Counted from the stretch's first letter, positions 12,873 to 27,271 are shown. The stretch is 64,000 bases of DNA from Perkinsus chesapeaki ATCC PRA-425 (GCA_013115145.1 JAAPAO010000081.1:1-64000); one strand, 5' to 3'. Numbers and translations: made by a program. Notes: generated by a model from the sequence alone, not told the origin.

Positions 12873-15752
12873 ATGGCTAAGCTTGTTACCTCTCTGGTCA
12901 AGCAAGAATACACGTCCTTCGAGATCCTTGATGCTCTCTATGCCGGCTTCATGACCTGCGTGGCGTCCATACCACAGTTTCTGCCATTTACCGAAGTCCA
13001 CTATAGTCGGCAGCTGTTGGTAGGAGATGATCCTATATTCCATATTCCCTTCTCCTCAGCTGATTCGCTACTTCACTGTTACTTTATTCATCATACGTAT
13101 TGATTATCATTATTATGATTATATCTATTATATCAATTATTTACTTTATTTGTTTTATTTCCGTTCTCGCTCACCCTTCCTTAATGCATCTTGTCTTATC
13201 TCTTAGGCGTTAGCAGCAGTCTGGGCGGCGATGTCCAGCTCTCTAGATTACAAGACGGCGGTCTCCGTGTCCTGGAAGCTCTATCTCGGCAGTGCCCTCG
13301 GGGGCACTATGTCCGTCATTGGTGCAGCTATCGTCATGGCCTGCAACGGCGGACAGTATAACGTTTTCTGGGGCAGTCTTTTTGCTGTGCCCTTTTGTTT
13401 CCTGGGTGCCTGTACGTATATAGGCAAGATGTCTGAGGTGGTCTCCTGGGTGAGCTTTGTTGTGAGAGTCTACAGCGTGGCCACTTTCTCTGGCCAAGCG
13501 CAGCCTTTCGGAAAGATGACATTCACTGTCATCATGGCTTTCATAGTGGAGCTGGTCCCTCTCTTTGTGGTTGCGGTTTTAAATGTATTTGGTTTGCTGC
13601 CGAGGAAGGGACCCGAGCCTCTCGGCGTCTTTGAAGCGGCCGCGCGAGACCTGTTCCAATTAAGTGTGCTTACTGGCATGGACGCTCAGTCTCACGAGAA
13701 GGAACTGGAGCGAAGAAAAGAAGCTGTGCATTCCGCTCTGGCCAAAGCGTTGCCGGTGGCCAGCAGGGACCTGCAGTTGGCTATGTTCAGAATGGCGGCG
13801 ATCTTGGACGGCTTCAACTCGGCCTGCTTGGAGGCCCCTGTGGGACCGGTTGCGAAAAAAGAGCTCTGGGACCCTCTACAGGCGGACTTCCGGACGCTGT
13901 CGTCTAAAGCGTACTTGCTGATAAGCGAAGGCGGCTCCTCGGAGGCCATCGCCGAAATAAGGCGCACTGCAGCTGCGCTGAAGAGTCGCCAAAAGCAGAT
14001 GCTCCTCAGCTACAATAAGCTGCTAGTTAAGCAAGAGGACTGGAAGTGGGTCCTATCCGGAAGGGAGCTCTCAGCTATCGAGGCAGCTTTGATTGCCGTG
14101 CCACGTTTCACGGATGCCTTGGCGACTTACTTAGAACGGAAAAAGGAGGGAAGGAGGCAGCGGCAGTGGAGAGACGTGGTAGGTGAGGGGGACATGACAG
14201 GCTATAGACTGGCATCGCTCTGCGGGTCTCTGGGGCTTCTTCTTAACAGCAGTTGGATTCCGGTGAGTGGTCAAGACGTAGTCAGCTCACCGTTGTGGAT
14301 CGGAAATGCTGAACCGTTCATGTTAGACGTTCCCTTAAACCTGCTTTCGTGTTTCAGATTCCTCTTCCACCGTTTGTCTTCGATTTGCGCGCCTGGTGGA
14401 AGAAACCCCTTTTCCCGCCGATTTCCGTTTGGAGGATCATCGCCTTCCCTCTCCGCTTCACTATCCTCGTACAACTACTATTGTGGCCGCCACTGGCGTT
14501 ATCGCTGAAGTACCCTTCCCTTGCCATGGACGGCTGGTGGCTCTCTCTGGTGGCTGTCATGTGCTCCTTTCCGGAAGTTGGGCCGACTGTCAGTAAGACT
14601 CTCCGGAGGCTGCTGGGAGTTATGGTTGGCGTGCTGCTCTCTGTAATTGTTATTCTCATCAATCCGGGCAATGCGGTCGCCTTAACGCTCGAGTTGTTCA
14701 TAGTCAACAGCGCTGCGCGCTTGCTAACCGGCACTCCGAAAGTGGGCTATGCGGCCTTCCAGACTGGCATTACTTTCACTATAATGGGTTTTGCCGATAG
14801 CTTGGAGGAATCGATGACTCAGAGTGGAAGGGAAATCCATGCGGCAAAGAGAATTGTATTCACTCTGGTTGGAATCATCGTCTCCACCATCGTTCACACA
14901 CTGGTGTGGCCGTCCTTCTCTGCTCGTTTGTTAGCCGAGGCAACTGCGGCTGAACTTAAAGCGATATCAAAGGGTGTCGCTACTGGCCTTGGGAAGCTTC
15001 TGGTACAGAAGCAGGAAGACGGCCGTTCTCCTGAGTTGGTTTATGAAACTGATGTCGAGCTTTCGCTGTTTGAAGCGGACACTGCCCGACGGGCCAAAAT
15101 CGCGTCCGTGTCCGAAGAGGACTCGCTATTCAGGCTCATGAAAGTGAATACCTCTGGCGGCTCGGTGAAAACTCGGAGCTTGATGGCTGCCCAGGAGGCC
15201 ATTGGGCGGGCTCATACCAGCGCCTTAGTGACCTACGAGTCCCTGATCGCCTGTGATGCACATATGAGCGAGTTCACGGCGAGTGTGTTATTAGTTCCTC
15301 TGCGTGCGCGCCTGTCGGAGCTTGCCGATGCTTGTCTGGAATCTGGGAATCAACTAGCAAAAGTAGTAGAAGAAAAGGCTCCGATGGAACTGGCTCGCGG
15401 AGCGCTGCAGCGCACCTTGGATGCGGCAGTTGACGCCATTGTCGCTCTGGAGGATATTCGTATCGATCTACTAGCACGCAAGACATGGACGCGTCGGTTG
15501 GAGGACGATGATGTCTCCTCTACTAAAATGGTGGAGGCCCTTGCCTATGGCGGCGCGCTGGGCCTGCATGTGGCGATGCACACACTGGAGACTTTTGTAC
15601 GCGATTGGAGTGCGCTCTCTGGGATCCTCCTCGGCTGCGACCTGCACTTCCCGAATCCGCCCGCTGGAGCGTGCGTCATGCCACAGGGGAAAGTTCCCAC
15701 ATTGACGACCATTCATCGCAGAGCTTCCTCGAACTATCCCGTTCACCAATAG
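12873..15752 (+). CDS. ALMT/FUSC-like protein, array gene 5 (subfamily C); exons 12873-13019, 13207-14178, 14358-15752
   Basis: Phase-0 introns 13020-13206 and 14179-14357; motif WWLSLVAVMCSFPEVGPTVSKTLRRLLG. Confidence 0.83.
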
Positions 15753-15958
15753 ATTTCTTAACTATTTTGTTGTTCCCCCATTTTGTCACCTACGGCAGCT
15801 TTGCACTGCCGTAGTGGCTTTTTAAAGGTGCATACGCTCACCTCGAGCACAGTTACCAATTACTGTATATCTGTGGCCTTCAGTTAGTTTTCAGCTGAGG
15901 AGGAAGGAGTCTGCGTTTTCCTCAGTTATTTCCTGATGCCCTCTGGCCCGCCGTTATA

Positions 15959-18778
15959 ATGTCCTGGGATTCGTCGAGTTATGTGATACCCCAGTTTCCC
16001 AGATATCAGCTGCTTAACGCTCTGTATACTGGATTAGTAGCCTGCCTCTGCGCTATACCACAGTTCTTACCCATTTTTGTGGATAACTTTAACCGTCATC
16101 TTTACGTGAGTGGGATGGCATCGACTACCAATAATGCTGCCGCTTTATTGCAGCTACACCCCTGTTTTTCTCATCTCTGAATAGTTGCTCGTAATGGCCT
16201 TCTCCTCGTTACCACTTTTTTCGCTTTTCTTTTGCTCCTCGTGCTACTTGCACTAAGCGATGACGCTCTCAGGTGTCCCAATTCCAAGTGCACAACCCAT
16301 CCTAGATCTCGGTCATGGTGTTTTGTGTTCAGGCTCTGGCCATCGTTTGGTCACTAAATACAAGCTCACTGGACTTCCCGACAGCCCGAGCTATGTCCTG
16401 GAAGATATTTATGGGCAGCTGCGGCGGCGCCTGCCTTGCCAGTGCGATAGTGTCTCTAGCTACTGCCATGAACCATAACGTCTATAATCCCTTCTGGGGT
16501 ACTCTACTGGCAATGCCCGTGTGCTTCCTTGTTGCCACTGGCCAGCGGTCGAAGTTCACCGATGTCTACTCGTATATTAGCTGTCTGCTGCGGATGTACA
16601 GCGTGGTTACCTTTGGTGGCCCCATGCCCTTTGTAAAAATATTCTCGGAGATGTTGGCAGGCTGCATTGCAGGGTTCGTACCGCTTACCCTTGTAACTAT
16701 ACTCAATTCCTTAAACTGGCTACCACGCAGCAAACCCGACCCGCTGCCGCTCTATGAGCACTGCTCCACGAGCTTCCTTGAATCCTCTGTCTGCTTTATT
16801 CTCGATGGCGAGAGGCATAGAGAGGAGCTCAATCGGAAACAGCGCAAAGTCGCCAGCTCTCGCCATGCCGTCTTGTCCAGCACCACCAACAACGCGCTTA
16901 AGCTCTGCGTGTTTCGCATGACCGGCTTTCTCGACTGCCTCAGGGTCTCGTGCACATTCGACGCCTTCAGTTCTGCTGCGGTGAAGTACTTCTGGGAACC
17001 TGTACAGACAGATATGTGGTATCTCGTATCGGGCAGCATCGCTTTGCTCCGCGACGGTCCCGCTCGGTATAATCCCAACGAGCTGGAGGAGGGAGGCAAA
17101 CGGTTACGCATCCAGATAAAGAAGACTATGATGAACTACAGCAGAGACGTGGCCGACAAGAAATCTGTTCTGGTTTCCGCCAGGGAGATGGCTCGTGCGG
17201 AGTCCGCAATGTTGGCTACTCCGCGGTTCTCTATTCTGGCAGCGGAGTATGCCCGACTGAAGAGCTCCGAGGGAAAAACCTCACGCACCTTAGAGAGCTA
17301 TGTGAGTCTCTGTTTTTGCAACTAAGTTTAGCACTATTGGAACACAGGTACCATTGCCGGTATGGTTGCGGCATCCACTGGAATGGGCGCGCAGGCCACT
17401 GTATGCCCCTGATACTCCCACCTGGGAGAAGCTATCGTTTCCTCTTCGGCTGTGCATTACACTTAGTGTTGTTCTCATGTCTATACTAGCGGTTGGTACG
17501 CAATACGAGATCGTGAAGACCGAAGGCTACTGGATTGCCGTATCGGCCATCACGTGCTTTCTCCCTACTCTTGGCGCCACTCTAGGCAAGGGTTTCCGCC
17601 GTCTCATAGGGGCCCTTGTCGGTGGCGTTCTGGCCTTAGTTGCCGTCACCGTCCACCCAGATGACCGTGACGCTTTCATGATCGAGCTTTTCGTCGTTGC
17701 CAGTGCCGCTAAGTTCTTGATGCAGCTGCCGAAGATTGGCTATGCCGGCATGCAGATGTGTACGACCTTCGTCATTGTAGGCTTCGCCAACGGAATCGAC
17801 AACTCGCTAACTGAGGACAGGCGCCGCGAGCTTGCCGAGCTCCGTATGCTCTTCACGGTGCTCGGTCTGATCGTATCCCTCGCTCTCTGTGTGGCAACCT
17901 ACCCAACGTTCTGCTGCCGTCGGCTCGCCCGAGGCACGGCTGAAGAGATAGGAACGATCGCGGACGTTGTGGGCTCTGGTGTGGAGGCCTTGGTGAAGCG
18001 CAAGCCTGATAGTAAGGAGCCTAATCAAGGCTTCAGGGACCTGCTCGAGACCGGCACGTTGATGCTTGACGCTAACTCTGCTAGGATGGCAGAGAACCCC
18101 TGGGCGGACGAGGAGACCGTCTTCCTTGGGCTGGTTGGTGTTAATCCCTCGCGCTGCAAGGTGCCCGCCAAGTCCATCCTCTTCGCGCAGAACTTGGTCA
18201 CCAGAGCGATCACAAGTGCGCTGGTGGCGTACGACAACCTTAAGAACTGCGATGACAGAATGAGCCCGACATCCGACCGTTTGCTGCTGGAGCCTGTCCG
18301 CGAGTTGCTAACCGAGCTCAGCTCGAACCTGCGTGCGTCCGCTACGGAGATTCAGGACGTCTTGACGGGCAAGTCAGATCTCGACGTTGCTAGGGAGGCC
18401 ACGGCGGAGACCCTCGAGGCTATGATAAGAATATTCGCCAAGTTCTCGGACGTCCGCAGTAATCTGCTATACAGCCGAACTTGGACCGCAGAAGGAGAAG
18501 TCACGGCTTCAACGAAAATGGTTGAAGTCTTCTCCAGCGGTGGAGGCGTCGGTCTTCACGAGGCTCTTCATAACGTAGGCGTCTTCATCGAGGACTGGGT
18601 TGCTCTCGCGAATGCTCTGTTGGGCTCGGACATGCGGCCCCCGAATATGCCAGCTCAGGAGACAGAGCTTTCGCCTTATAATTCCTCTGGAACTAAGCGA
18701 AGGAGGAGGAGAAGTAGGGCAGTGACGGCCGCTACTTTCTCCTACAAGCGAAAAAGCAGGGATTCCTCCTTTTTCTAG
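15959..18778 (+). CDS. ALMT/FUSC-like protein, array gene 6 (subfamily D-like); exons 15959-16105, 16333-17301, 17348-18778
   Basis: Phase-0 introns 16106-16332 and 17302-17347; motif YWIAVSAITCFLPTLGATLGKGFRRLIG, the closest in the array to the plant ALMT GATLGKG segment. Confidence 0.85.
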
Positions 18779-18898
18779 TGCTTACTGTTTACCATACGCT
18801 TTGTACTTGTTTGCTTCAATTGACACCGTTTCCTCATCTTGTGTCTGTTTACTTCGGCGTCGGTTATTACTGGTCCTCACAGTACCTTTGAGTTTACG

Positions 18899-21613
18899 AT
18901 GGTACAGAGGCTCCCCGCTGTCGACGTGTATAAGCTGCTCACTGCTGCCTATACTGGAATAATGGCATGCCTCTGTTCCTGGGCGGTCTTCATAATGCCC
19001 CATGGTCACGGGGCTAATATGACGGTGAGTTCGATCATCACCACAGTTGGCAGTTTCCATTGAATCATCGCTGCTCTATCCTCTTTCCCTACTTGTCGTT
19101 TCACCTATCGCATTTCGTTCTTGTCAGGTACTGGCACCTATATGGGCGTTGGTGTCAGCCTTCCTGAATCTCAGGGCCAACTACGACCAGTCTTTGAGGT
19201 CCATAGCTGGGGCTCTCATCGGTCTCGCATTCACTGAACTAATTGCCTTGATTATCTCCTCTGCCTCTTCTACTGGTTACAATGACTGGATCGGCGTCGT
19301 TGTTTGCTTTCCCGTGTGTTTCTTCCTGGGCATCGCGGACCCTGCAACAGGTTGTAAATTGTGCAGGCTGTTCCGTTCCGATGTTGCCATGGAGGCCATG
19401 TACATCCCTCTGGCATTCCCAAACGGGCGCCCTTTTATGCACGGCTTGCTCACTTCAGGAGCTTTCATTGTTGGCTCTGCAGAGACTCTCGTAGCCACGA
19501 CTATTCTGAATGCGTTCAACCTGCTGCCTCGCCATGAGGTCCCTCCCTTACCGTCTTTCGCGAAGCGTGCCGCTGATTACTACGAGACTCTATCTACTTA
19601 CTGTACCAGTGGTATGCAACACGCTGGGTTCATCGATCGTCAGAGGGCCGTCTTCGAGGATGCCTGGAGAGCTGCATCGAGAGCTGCTCCAACTCCCCAA
19701 CTGAGAAGTGTTATATATAGGATGGCCGCAGAGCTCATTGCTCTGAGGACAACTCTTCGGGATGGTGCCTACAGCCCTGACATTCTCGAGTACATCTGGC
19801 ATCCTCTGGTGGCCAACATCGTCGATCTGAGGCTAGAAACGGTGTACTGGCTGCGCGCAACTGCCGAGCCGATTGGTGCTGATGGCGTCGTCCATGATAC
19901 TGACCTCGTGGAGCTAGCTAATCAGATGAAAAGTCGACTGAACGAGCAATCTCTGGTATATGGGACCAAAGTCTGTGCAGGAGAGTCGTCGCTCTCGCCT
20001 GCCACCGACAGTGTCCGTTTCCAGTTCGCGATGTCCCTTATCGCTCGGTTCGCTATACTGGCTGATGAGTTCCACAGACTGGTACGAGATTACGAGAAGT
20101 CTCTGCCGGTTTCGAAGGGATGGGTAGGTCTTTCTCGTTTTAACCTTCTTCACGTTTTCCTCCTGCTCAGTTTCACTGGCCGTCAAGGCTCCGACAGTAC
20201 CTTTCTGACTGCAAAGAATACTGGATCAAATGGTGGCACTTACCGTTCTTCGCCTTTGGCAACATGACGCTCATCCAGAGGTTCATACACCCACTCAGGC
20301 TCTCAATCACTATTACTGCCTTCGCCCTGCCTCTCGTGGCATGGGCTCATCAGAACCCTATTGTCGAGGTCTACGGTTTCTGGGCCCTTGTTCCCATCTT
20401 ATTCTGTTTCCTACAGACTCCTGGGGCCTCCCTTGTAAAAGGCACTCGTAGGATCATTGGCACTATCATGGCTGCTACTCTCGCCATTATTTGCGTCTCT
20501 GTACATCCGTACTCTCGGGCGGCTTTTGTGGTGGAAATGTTCGTCGTTACTTTCATTGGCAAACTGGGCAGTCTATATCCTAGCATCGACTATGGTGGAA
20601 CGGTGTTCGCATTCACGTGGATGTTGGTTGGTATCATACCCACTCTGGGCGGAGACGAGACTCGGCAAGATATGATCCTTTGGTCGCTCTGGCGAGTTGC
20701 CATGACGCTCATAGGGACTATCGGCGGCACCGTGGTATCGATGTTTGTATTCCCTACATTCGCCATGGAGAAGCTGAACCGTGAATCAGCGCACGAGCTG
20801 CTCGAGCAAGCTGACATGGTCTCCCGTGCTTTGGAGCAGCTTTGCAGTATCGAGAAAGGGCCATCTGTGAATCCGGAAGATCGCGGCGTTGAGGGTGGCG
20901 ACGAGTTCTTCAGGTCGAGTGATACTCGATTTGGCCTCTTGCCCGATGCAAAGGCTGAAGCTACTGTTCTAAACAAGACCGCCTTTGTTGACAATACCAC
21001 CCGCGCTGTCATAAGCGCGCAGAATAAGATCGACCGGATGGGTCGGAGTGCCCTGGTTGCTCACACCACGTTGGTTGACTGTACGCGTAGACTCGGAGAA
21101 CCATCGATTTCATGTCTACTGGAACCGTTAAGGAACGACTTGTACAAGTTCGCGACATCTTTGCGGGACTCGGCCTCTCAAGTGGCCTTGACCATCCTAG
21201 ATGATTCCAGGCGGCCCGAAATCGGCAGTGGAGGAAAAGAAAATTCGCGAGGGCGATTAACGGGAAGCCAAGTGAATGTTGAAATGCAAAGGATCATCGA
21301 CATATTCATAAAGCGGCGAGAGGAGATGCTCGCGGGGGATCGGCGAGATCTGGACGGCTGGTCACAGGCGGTGAAGTCCGGCTGCTACTCACTGTATCAT
21401 GCTATCTACACCATGCGTGTTTTCACTGACGACTGGGTCCAAATCGAGACCCTCATTCTTGGTCTGGCGCCTGTAGTGCAGATGAGAGCTCGTGCTCTGA
21501 GCGGCGCCTATGTACCGGGCCCGAGCTTCTCGGTGCTGAAGACGCCGCGCCATAGCACTATACGAGGATATACCGAGGACTCGAGCGAGTCTGTCAGCTG
21601 GAATGAGAGCTGA
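18899..21613 (+). CDS. ALMT/FUSC-like protein, array gene 7 (subfamily B); exons 18899-19024, 19128-20123, 20171-21613
   Basis: In-frame GT-AG introns at the conserved positions; strong similarity to genes 3, 8 and 9. Confidence 0.85.
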
Positions 21614-21841
21614 CCTACGTGTGTGACACACGGTGTGTGCGGGTGAACCCCACACGTATGCAAGTCCCGCGTGGAGGCTGATAGTTGTCTCGCGACGACC
21701 TTGCCTATGTTCATATCTTACATAAACGCCAGAATCACTATAATTGCTCTGACTTTATCAGATTTCAAAAGCTTTTGACTGTCGTTCTGGGTGGGTGTTG
21801 GTGAAATGTACCTGCAGTTTGTTCACTTTTCTAATATTTTT

Positions 21842-24407
21842 ATGGTCGAGCGTCTGCCGACTCTGCCGCTGTATAAGGCGCTTACTGCCATTTATACCGG
21901 CATCATGGCATGCCTCTGTTCGTGGGCCGTTTTCATCATGCCTCATGGCGAATTCTCTAATATCACTGTGAGCGCTAGCTACCAGTTGCCCCTATTTAGC
22001 GTTCCTCTATCAGGTTCTGGTGCCCATTTGGGCGCTGGTTTCCTCGTTCTTGAACATCAGCGATAACTACGATCAGTCCCTGCGTTCCATCACGGGCGCC
22101 CTTATCGGACTAGCATTCAGTGAACTGATTGGTGTGTTGGTCACCGTTTGCTCTCATACTGGCTATAACGAGTACATCGGCCTTATCCTAGCTTTCCCTA
22201 TTTGTTTCCTTATGGGCATCGCGGACCCTGCAACAGGTTGTAAATTGTGTAAGGTGTTCCGTTCTGATGTTGCCAAGGAGGCCATGTACATCCCTCTGGC
22301 TTTCCCCGGTGGCAGCCCCTACATACCCGCCCTACTCACAGCTGGTTCCTTTATTATTGGTTCTGTAGAGTCAATGTTGGCAACCACCGCTCTTAACGCT
22401 TTCAATCTTCTCCCGAGGAGGGAGGTCGAGCCTATTCCTCAGTTCGCCGCTCGTGCCGCTGATTACTACGAGACTCTGTCTACTTACTGTACTAGTGGTT
22501 TGCAGCACGCTAAGTTCATCGATCGTCAGAGGGCCGTCTTTGAGGATGCCTGGAGAGCTGCGTCGAGAGCTGCTCGAACTCCCCAACTAAGAAGCGTTAT
22601 ATATAGGATGGCCGCAGAGCTCATTGCTCTGAGGACAACTCTTCGGGATGGTGCCTACAGCCCTGGTATCCTGGAAAACATTTGGCAACCTCTCGTGCCG
22701 AACTTGATGAACGTGCGATCTGGAGCCGTTTATTGGCTTCGCACCGTGGGTGACTCCAATCCCCTGGATCAATTCCGACCGGACGAGCTGGTGAATCTAT
22801 CAGAACAGGTTAATGAGAGGCTGAATGAGCAATCAGTGAAGTACAGTCAGATGGTGATGGCTGGGAAGTCCTCACTGTCAACAGCAGACGACATCGTGCG
22901 TTTCCAGTTCACCATGTCCTTGCTGTCTCGCTTCGCCGTATTAACTAGTGAGCTTTGCGAGCTCGTAATAGAACAACAGAAACTGAATCCAGATTCCACG
23001 AGCACTGTAAGCTACAGAGCTGCTGCTTCTGCTGTGCATGGCTTCTTTCAGTTCAACTGGCTCGCTCGACTGCGGTGCTATTACCAGGAGTGCAAGGCTT
23101 ACTGGGTCGAGTGGTGGCATCTTCCGTTCTTCGCCTACGGCAAGCTCAAACTGAAGGAGAGGCTCGTTCATCCTCTGAGATTGTCTATTACTATTTCTGC
23201 CTTTGCCTTCCCTCTGATCGCCTGGGCGTACAAGGAGCCCATTATAGAGTTCTACGGCTTCTGGGCCCTCGTGCCCCTCTTGTTCTGCTTCTTGGACACT
23301 CCCGGTGCCTCCCTAATTAAGGGAACGAGACGAATCGTCGGTACCATATTGGCGGCCACAATTGCCATTATCTGTGTAGCGATTCACCCCACTGATAAGG
23401 CAGCCTTCGTGGTTGAACTTTTCGTCATAACTACCATTGGTAAGCTTGGCAGTCTATACGAAAGTATCGGCTACGGTGGACTTGTCTTTGCTTTCACTTG
23501 GATGATCGTTGGTATTATACCCACTTTGGGCATTATTCCGGGTCAGACGCGAGAGGGAATGATACTGTGGGCGTGCTGGCGTCTCGGGCTAACACTATTG
23601 GGTACCATTGGTGGGATAATTGTGTCGACATTCATCTTCCCGAGCTTTGCTATGGACAAGCTGGACAAGGAGTCTGCGCACGAGATCATTGCTCAAGCTG
23701 ACTTGGTTGTGTCCTCCATCGAAGAGCTACGTTCTGTCGGACAAGATGGGGTTAATTGTCACCAGTCAGCCAGACGCTTAATGGACGGTGACAAGTTCTT
23801 TGAATCATTTGACCTTCGCTTGACGCTTACCCCTGAAGCCCGCGCGGAGGCCTTGGTACTTGACAAGACAGCATTTGTGGATGACACGACGCGTACTATC
23901 CTGGGAGCTCAGGAGCATATCAACACAATGGGCCGAACCTCTCTCATGGCCTATACGAGTGTAACGGGATGTTCAGAGACAGTCAGCTCTCCCAGCACTG
24001 AAGTCTTCCTGGAGCCCCTTCGTTTTGCATTGCGTGATCTCGCCGAGGCTATTCGAGACTCTGCCTCGAAAGTTGTTCTGAAAGTGGTAGATGGCCCCCA
24101 GGACCTGGACGAGTTGGACTCCTTTGAGTCATGTCTGGTCGGCAGTCAGGTCAATGTCGCTATGCAAAGAGTTGTAGACATTTTTGTTGCAAAAAGGCAG
24201 GAGCTTCTCGCCGCGGATCACCCTGGCGAAGTCAGGTGGGACGACTTGGTGAACAGCGGCCTGTATTCCCTGTATCATGCGATCTACTCTCTAAGAGTGT
24301 TCGTAGATGATTGGGTTTGGATCGAATCGGCTGTCCTCGGATTGAAGCCTGTTGTCAGAGCACGATCCCGCGCCCTTAGCGGCGCCCCCTGGACAACCCC
24401 TGTTTGA
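21842..24407 (+). CDS. ALMT/FUSC-like protein, array gene 8 (subfamily B); exons 21842-21967, 22014-23006, 23052-24407
   Basis: Intron 1 is 21968-22013. A probable 45-nt in-frame intron 23007-23051 (GTAAGC..TTTCAG) sits at the position of intron 2 in the paralogs. Confidence 0.85.
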
Positions 24408-24655
24408 TAGTTTCCCATTGTATCACGTACGTATTCTGAACACAGTAATTACCGTTCATTTAGTCTTTAGTGTTTTCTGTTCAGCAATCTACTTTGAATC
24501 ATAGCAATTCTTTCCCCCTACTGTATACTGTACTGCACACTGTCATTTAGCCGTGATATGCTTCCTCGCGTCAGCCGCTGGTGCTTGTTTCGGTGGGATA
24601 GTGTGATTGAGGCTAAGTGTTGGTAGGTTTTTGTTCCTCTTTAGTGTCCTACTCT

Positions 24656-27271
24656 ATGGTCGAGCGGCTCCCATCTATACCGGTATACAAATTGCTCACA
24701 GCATTATACACGGGCGTGATGGCGTGCCTTTGTTCGTGGGCCATATTTATTACACCCGATGGCCGAGGCGCTAACATGACTGTAAGTTGCTAAGTCACTA
24801 AACTGCTATTAGCAATGGCTTTTCCTCCAGGTACTTGCGCCAATCTGGGCTTTGGTTTCTTCCTTCCTTAACATCCACGACAATTACGATCAGTCTCTTA
24901 GATCCATTGCAGGTGCCTTTATTGGCCTCTTCTTCACTGAGCTTATTGCTATTGTCATCACAGCCGGCAACACCGTCGAGTATGACGATTGGATCGGCGT
25001 GGCCGTGGCGTTCCCTGTCTGCTTCCTCATGGCCCTTGGTGATGTGGCGACCGGCAGCAAGCTATCCAACGTATTCCGCTCCGATGTGGCCATGGAGGCT
25101 ATGTATATTCCTATTGCCTTCCCAGGCGGCCGGCCCTTCTTACATGGTGCGCTCACCGCTGCAGCTTTCATGGTTGGCTCTACAGAATCGTTCATAGCTA
25201 CTAGTATTCTCAACGCCTTCAACCTTCTTCCCCGTAAAGATCTGCCGGCAATACCGGCGTTCGCGAAGCGTGCAGCTGATTACTACGAGACCTTAACGGC
25301 GTACTGGACTAGCGGTATGGAGCACAACGACTTCGTGGACCGTCAAAGAAAGGTCTTCGAGGAGTCTTGGAGAGCGGCCTCAAGAGAGGCGCCAACTCCA
25401 GAGCTTCGTAGTGTAATTTACCGCATGGCTTCCGGCCTGATCGCCCTGAGAGATACGATGAACGATGGCCGCTACAGTGAGGGAATGCTGGAACACATAT
25501 GGCATCCGTTGATGCCCGATATTGTTGAACTGAGGCTCGAAGTGGTCTACTGGCTCAGGACCACAGCAAAGCCTATCAACACCGAGAAGGACATCGAACA
25601 GACCGATCTTATGAACCTCGCAACTGAACTGAGCAGCAGACTCAGTCAGGAATCTATCTCATATAGTGAGAAGGTCCTCGAGGGCGAGTCCTCCCTGTCC
25701 CCAGCTAACGACATTGTGAGATTCCAGTTTGCCATGTCTCTGATTGCCAAGTTTGCTGTTCTGTCCGACGAGTTCTATACTTTAGTTCGACGCCAGCAGA
25801 AGGCAGAAGGACCTCCACTTAAATGGGTAAGATCTGGTCTCTATGCTGCTTGTTAGCATATGAATTTTTGCTCTTCTTTTAGTATAACTGGTGGGGCCGA
25901 CTTACACGTTATCTCTCCGAATGCAAGAAGTATTGGATACATTGGTGGCATCTCCCATTTTGGGCCTACGGCAATATGACCCTCAGGCAGAGGCTCGTAC
26001 ATCCGTTGAGGCTGTCAATTACCATCACTGCTTTCGCGTTCCCCTTGGTAGCCTGGGCCCATCAGGATCCCCTTATCGAGACCTTTGGGTTCTGGGCCTT
26101 GGTTCCCTTGTTGTTCTGCTTCTTGGGTACACCAGGAGCTTCATTGGTGAAGGGTACCAGGCGTATTGTTGGCACTATTCTGGCTGCTTGTCTTGGTATG
26201 GCTTGTATTGAGGGTAACTACAACAGCGTTCCGGCGTATGTTGTAGAGATGTTTGTTGCGGTGTCCATCGGCAAGCTAGGTGCTCTCTATTCTAACATCG
26301 ATTACGCCGGTACTGTATTTGCTTTCACATGGATGTTGGTTGGTATTGTACCCACTCTGGGCTCGGAGCCTACGAAAGACGATATGATCACCTGGGCACT
26401 GTGGCGTTTGGCCATGACGCTGATCGGCACTGTTGGCAATATGGTGGTAGCTACCTTCGTCTTCCCGACCTTCGCGTTTGAGAAGCTCAACGGCGAGACC
26501 GCTCACGAGCTCATGGCGCAATCCCAGCTGGTCTCGATGGCCATTGAACAGCTTTGCGCTGTGGAGAAGGGCCCATGCGTGAACCCTGATGACAAGCGTG
26601 TTGAGAGCGGTGATGAGTTCTTCAAGTCCGGTGATTATAGGTATCAGCTTCTTCCTGATGCCAAGGCCGAGGAACTGGTCCTCAATAGAACAGCTATCAT
26701 TGACGACACCACTCGAGCCGTTATTAAGTCCCAATACGACGTAGACATGATGGGCCGTTCTTCCATGGTAGCTCATACGACCATCTCGGACTGTACTCGC
26801 CAGATTGCTGACCCCACTATCACTCTTCTGTTGGACCCTCTTCGGTCTAGTCTACATAAAGTGGCTATCGCACTGAATGATTCGGCTTCTAAGATGGCCT
26901 TGAAAATACTAGACCAGAGCAAGCGAGGCAGTAAGAGCATCAGAGAGTTCGAGCTGCCATATGAAAGCAGCCAAGTGAACGTTGAGATGCAACGAGCCCT
27001 CGACATCTTCGTTGCCAGAAGAGAGGTCATGCTTGCCGGTGACGAGAAGAATCTGGAAAGCTGGGCCAGCGCAATCCAGGGTGGCCTCTACGGCCTCTTC
27101 CATTCATTATATACATTGCGTGTGTTTGTCGACGAATGGGTCCATATGGAATCGCGAATCTTGGGCTTGAAGCCAGCGTCTCGCAGGTCTCGAGCACTCA
27201 CTGGTGCTCCCGAAGAGTGGAGCAAGGATTCGTCGAAGACTCCTCGTCATGGTTCAATGGTCCAACTATAA
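24656..27271 (+). CDS. ALMT/FUSC-like protein, array gene 9 (subfamily B); exons 24656-24781, 24831-25826, 25883-27271
   Basis: Phase-0 introns 24782-24830 and 25827-25882 join the ORFs at 24852 and 25976. Confidence 0.85.
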
